From an uncultured Candidatus Saccharibacteria bacterium (GTDB taxonomy: Bacteria > Patescibacteriota > Minisyncoccia > Phycocordibacterales > PALSA-1337): a stretch of DNA of 64,000 nucleotides. The stretch covers positions 32,356 through 96,355 of the forward strand of contig CAYWKB010000001.1 in NCBI GenBank assembly GCA_964459225.1. The letters are read 5' to 3'. Below the pieces are notes generated by a model. It ran no database searches. It saw only the letters and a list, made by a program, of their open reading frames with translations, and was not told the origin of the DNA. Positions within the stretch are counted from its first letter, which is position 1; every line of letters begins with the position of its first letter. The position numbers and the translations under genes were made by a program. This document shows, piece by piece, positions 61,444 to 64,000 of the stretch.

Positions 61444-61711
61444 CCTTTTTCTTATTCCAAATATCTACCACAAAATACAAATATATAAGCTCAAGAATTC
61501 CCATAGTATTTATTAGAAGTAGTGCAATAAACCATCCCTTTTCATTTCTTTTTGCTGCATGCCATAATGCATAACCCTTAAGTATAATAGACGCAATAGT
61601 TAATAAGAAAAATAGAAAAGCTCCTAATGCAAATAGACCAAAACCCATACCAAGCATTGGTAATCCAAAACCAAATTCATGAGCACCAGCAATAAAATTA
61701 TTTGTCATCAT
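61427..61711 (-). CDS. Small membrane protein (DUF5652-like)
   Basis: KGYALWHAAK...WFIALL.INTMGILELIY. Confidence 0.8.
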   Translation of the reverse strand: MMTNNFIAGAHEFGFGLPMLGMGFGLFALGAFLFFLLTIASIILKGYALWHAAKRNEKGWFIALLLINTMGILELIYLYFVVDIWNKKKVNEPK

Positions 61712-61940
61712 ATTTAACTATTATATCACAAATTAACATTACCCATCACAGACCAAACAAAAGACTAAAACAATCTAGTCTTTTGTTTTGTTGCGGGCAT
61801 CGTGGGTTCAGTACCAAAGCAGTGAGACACCGTAAGGGTATTTTAGCAGACTTTTGGAGGTTGAAATGAGGTATGTGGGTCGGGGTCTGCTTTACAGATT
61901 TTGACAAGTTAAAAGCCTAGCTCACGGATCGAACGTGATA

Positions 61941-62342
61941 CTAGGCTTTTTCAAACATCCAGCCGAGTCGTGTACCGAAGTTCTCCCTTACCGAGAGTTC
62001 GTCGAGACGATCCTTGAAGCTGAAAGTCCTTTCGCGCGGAATGTAGTCGCGGTTCATCCCGCTGATGCACATCACTCGAGATTGCAGAGGGCCGAGTCTT
62101 TCGAAGACATCGTGACCATTGAGACATTTGCAGCGACCTGTAGTGAACCGGCAATCGCAGAAGTCGTGGTCAAGCAGGATAAGGACAGGATCAACTTCCA
62201 GAATCTGCCTTACGATTTCATCAGCAGAAGTATCCCATTTCGGAGTGATCGTCAGGACAACTTCGAATCCGTTCTTCTGACAGGCATCCGCGAGTGGTTT
62301 TTGATATCTGATTACATCTTCGATAAGAACTGTTTTTTGCAC
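61941..62342 (-). CDS. Atypical receiver-domain protein with Cys-rich insert
   Basis: VLIED, LILLDHD, CISG, FK; GTG start preceded by AAAGGAGGTG; GC-rich; hairpin 61911-61950. Confidence 0.7.
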   Translation of the reverse strand: MQKTVLIEDVIRYQKPLADACQKNGFEVVLTITPKWDTSADEIVRQILEVDPVLILLDHDFCDCRFTTGRCKCLNGHDVFERLGPLQSRVMCISGMNRDYIPRERTFSFKDRLDELSVRENFGTRLGWMFEKA

Positions 62343-62422
62343 GAGACACCTCCTTTCAGGGTTTTATTGGGTTTGAGTTCTAGTTGAATAGTAACACGTA
62401 TTTATAGTTTCGTAAAGCTTCG

Positions 62423-62460
62423 GTGCCTAGGTACTTGGGTCGCCCCACATACCTAGGCAC
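62423..62460. repeat. GC-rich palindrome downstream of tRNA-Ser (terminator or REP-like)
   Basis: GTGCCTAGGTA...TACCTAGGCAC. Confidence 0.65.
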
Positions 62461-62487
62461 TCGGGTCACTCCGATACTTTATTCTCT

Positions 62488-62577
62488 TGGCGGAAAGAGC
62501 GAGATTCGAACTCGCGGTTCCGATGAAGGAACGGCGGTTTAGTAAACCGCTGGTTTAAACCACTCACCCATCTTTCC
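62488..62577 (-). tRNA. tRNA-Ser with anticodon ACT
   Basis: GGAAAGATGGGTGAGTGGTTTAAACCA GCGGT-TTACTAA-ACCGC, long variable arm, GTTCGAATC, G73-CCA. Confidence 0.92.
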
Positions 62578-62638
62578 ATACCTTCATATACTATACAAAA
62601 TTAAGATCTTTTACAAACTCACATGATATAATATCGAA

Positions 62639-64000
62639 ATGAAAGAAAAGTTGATTTCTCTTAAACAAATATTTAATGGCGACATAGATACAAGCGAAGG
62701 CACATTACTCGAATATTCTCATGATGCAAGTCTATTTGAAATTAAACCAAAAGTAGTTGTATTTCCGAAAGACAGTAGCGATATCAAAAATCTAGTCAAA
62801 TGGGTAAATGAAAATAACAGCAAAGACAATCCCCTATCCATAACCGCAAGATGTGCAGGGACATGCATGACTGGTGGATCAATTGGTAATTCAATAATTG
62901 TTGATTTTACTAGGTATATGAATAATATTATTGAAATAAAAGATGACTATGCAATAGCCATGCCCGGTTGCTTGTATAGAGATTTTGATATTGAAACTAA
63001 AAAGCATGGTAAATACATGCCAGCATACACAGCATCGAGAGATATAAATGCAATAGGCGGAATGGTGGGCAATAATAGTGGTGGCGAAAAATCTATTAAA
63101 TACGGTAAAACAGAAAATTATATTAATTCATTAAAAGTAGTTTTGAGTGATGCGAATGAATATGAAATTAAACCTTTAAGTCTTAGTGAATTAGAAGAAA
63201 AAATAAAATCAGATAATTTTGAATCTTCAATTTACAAAAAGATTTTTGAATTAATTCAAAATAATTATGATGCGATAATGTCAGCAAAACCAAATGTATC
63301 CAAAAACTCTGCTGGATATTATCTTTGGAATATTTATGACAAAGAAAATAATAAATTTGATTTATGTAAATTGATTGTTGGCTCACAGGGAACATTAGGT
63401 ATTGTTACTGAAATAAATTTCAAAATTATCCCCTTTGAAGCATGTTCAAATATTATGGCTGTCTTTTTGCCTTCAATTGATCATGTTAGTAAACTTGTAA
63501 ATGAAATACTTCCCTATAAACCAGACAGTCTCGAAACATATGATGACAAGAGTATGATACTGGCAGTTAAATTTTTCTATGATTTTATTGAGTATTTAGG
63601 TATTTGGGGAGCAATTAAATTAGGTTTTCAATTTATTCCAGAAACTTACATGCTCGCAATCGGTGGCGTTCCAAAATTAATTTTAATGATTGAATTTACA
63701 GGCAATACAGAATCAGAAGTTAAAAATAAATTAATACAAGTAGAAAAGCATATAAAACCTTTTGGTTTCCATACTCATATAGCCCATTCAAGTGCGGAAG
63801 CAAATAAATACTGGAAAATACGCCATGAAAGTTTTAATTTATTGAGGAAGCATAGTAATGGAAAAAGAACAGCCCCATTTATTGATGACATAATAGTTAA
63901 ACCAGAATATTTACCAAAATTCCTTCCACAAATCAAAAAACTATTAGATGAATACAAATTAGATTATACGGTACAGGGGCATTTGGGTAACGGTAACTTT
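62639..64000 (+). CDS. FAD-binding oxidoreductase (GlcD/D-lactate dehydrogenase-like), 3' truncated
   Basis: Manual translation MKEKL...YSHDASLFEIKPKVVVFPK...AGTCMTGG...IGGMVGNNSGG...GSQGTLG; not in ORF track. Confidence 0.9.
   Translation, partial: MKEKLISLKQIFNGDIDTSEGTLLEYSHDASLFEIKPKVVVFPKDSSDIKNLVKWVNENNSKDNPLSITARCAGTCMTGGSIGNSIIVDFTRYMNNIIEIKDDYAIAMPGCLYRDFDIETKKHGKYMPAYTASRDINAIGGMVGNNSGGEKSIKYGKTENYINSLKVVLSDANEYEIKPLSLSELEEKIKSDNFESSIYKKIFELIQNNYDAIMSAKPNVSKNSAGYYLWNIYDKENNKFDLCKLIVGSQGTLGIVTEINFKIIPFEACSNIMAVFLPSIDHVSKLVNEILPYKPDSLETYDDKSMILAVKFFYDFIEYLGIWGAIKLGFQFIPETYMLAIGGVPKLILMIEFTGNTESEVKNKLIQVEKHIKPFGFHTHIAHSSAEANKYWKIRHESFNLLRKHSNGKRTAPFIDDIIVKPEYLPKFLPQIKKLLDEYKLDYTVQGHLGNGNF

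Noticed and set aside
61866-61904. 12-codon ORF MRYVGRGLLYRF after GGAGG
   Set aside because: Too short, no promoter evidence; cannot be told from chance
61935-62387. 150-aa plus-strand ORF
   Set aside because: Antisense to the receiver-like gene, which has the SD, domain motifs and downstream hairpin
62539-62545. Reading the tRNA-Ser loop as an amber (CTA) suppressor
   Set aside because: The 5-bp stem and 7-nt loop register place ACT at 34-36 with U33

Overview
Low-GC, AT-rich bacterial chromosome segment in genetic code 11, mostly minus-strand genes. Gene content and rRNA features fit a Patescibacteria/CPR (Parcubacteria-like) genome; this taxonomic call is an inference. It contains: (i) an unusual cell-wall locus at 2.8-11.1 kb (ATP-grasp enzyme, NlpC/P60-like peptidase, MraY, ATE/Bpt-like aminoacyl-tRNA transferase, Mpl/MurC-like ligase, a 54-aa LysW-like zinc ribbon ending in DEGK that the ORF track misses, PLP fold-II enzyme, MurD-like ligase), interrupted by a RelBE-type toxin-antitoxin pair; (ii) unlinked rRNA genes, with a 16S lacking the canonical anti-Shine-Dalgarno and carrying a ~150-nt helix insertion, and a separate 23S-5S unit with two group I-type introns, one of which appears to lack P4-P6; (iii) tRNA-Ile(GAT) with a one-gene islet at its 3' end and a rare tRNA-Ser(ACT); (iv) housekeeping genes (rsmI, radC, pyk, secDF, rodA, rplJL, ftsK, recA, efp, rpsF-ssb-rpsR, tatD); (v) a type IV pilus/competence cluster; (vi) several orphan single-gene units. 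Many genes look leaderless (TATAAT 6-9 nt before the start codon). All calls come from reading motifs by eye; no database searches or folding programs were run.
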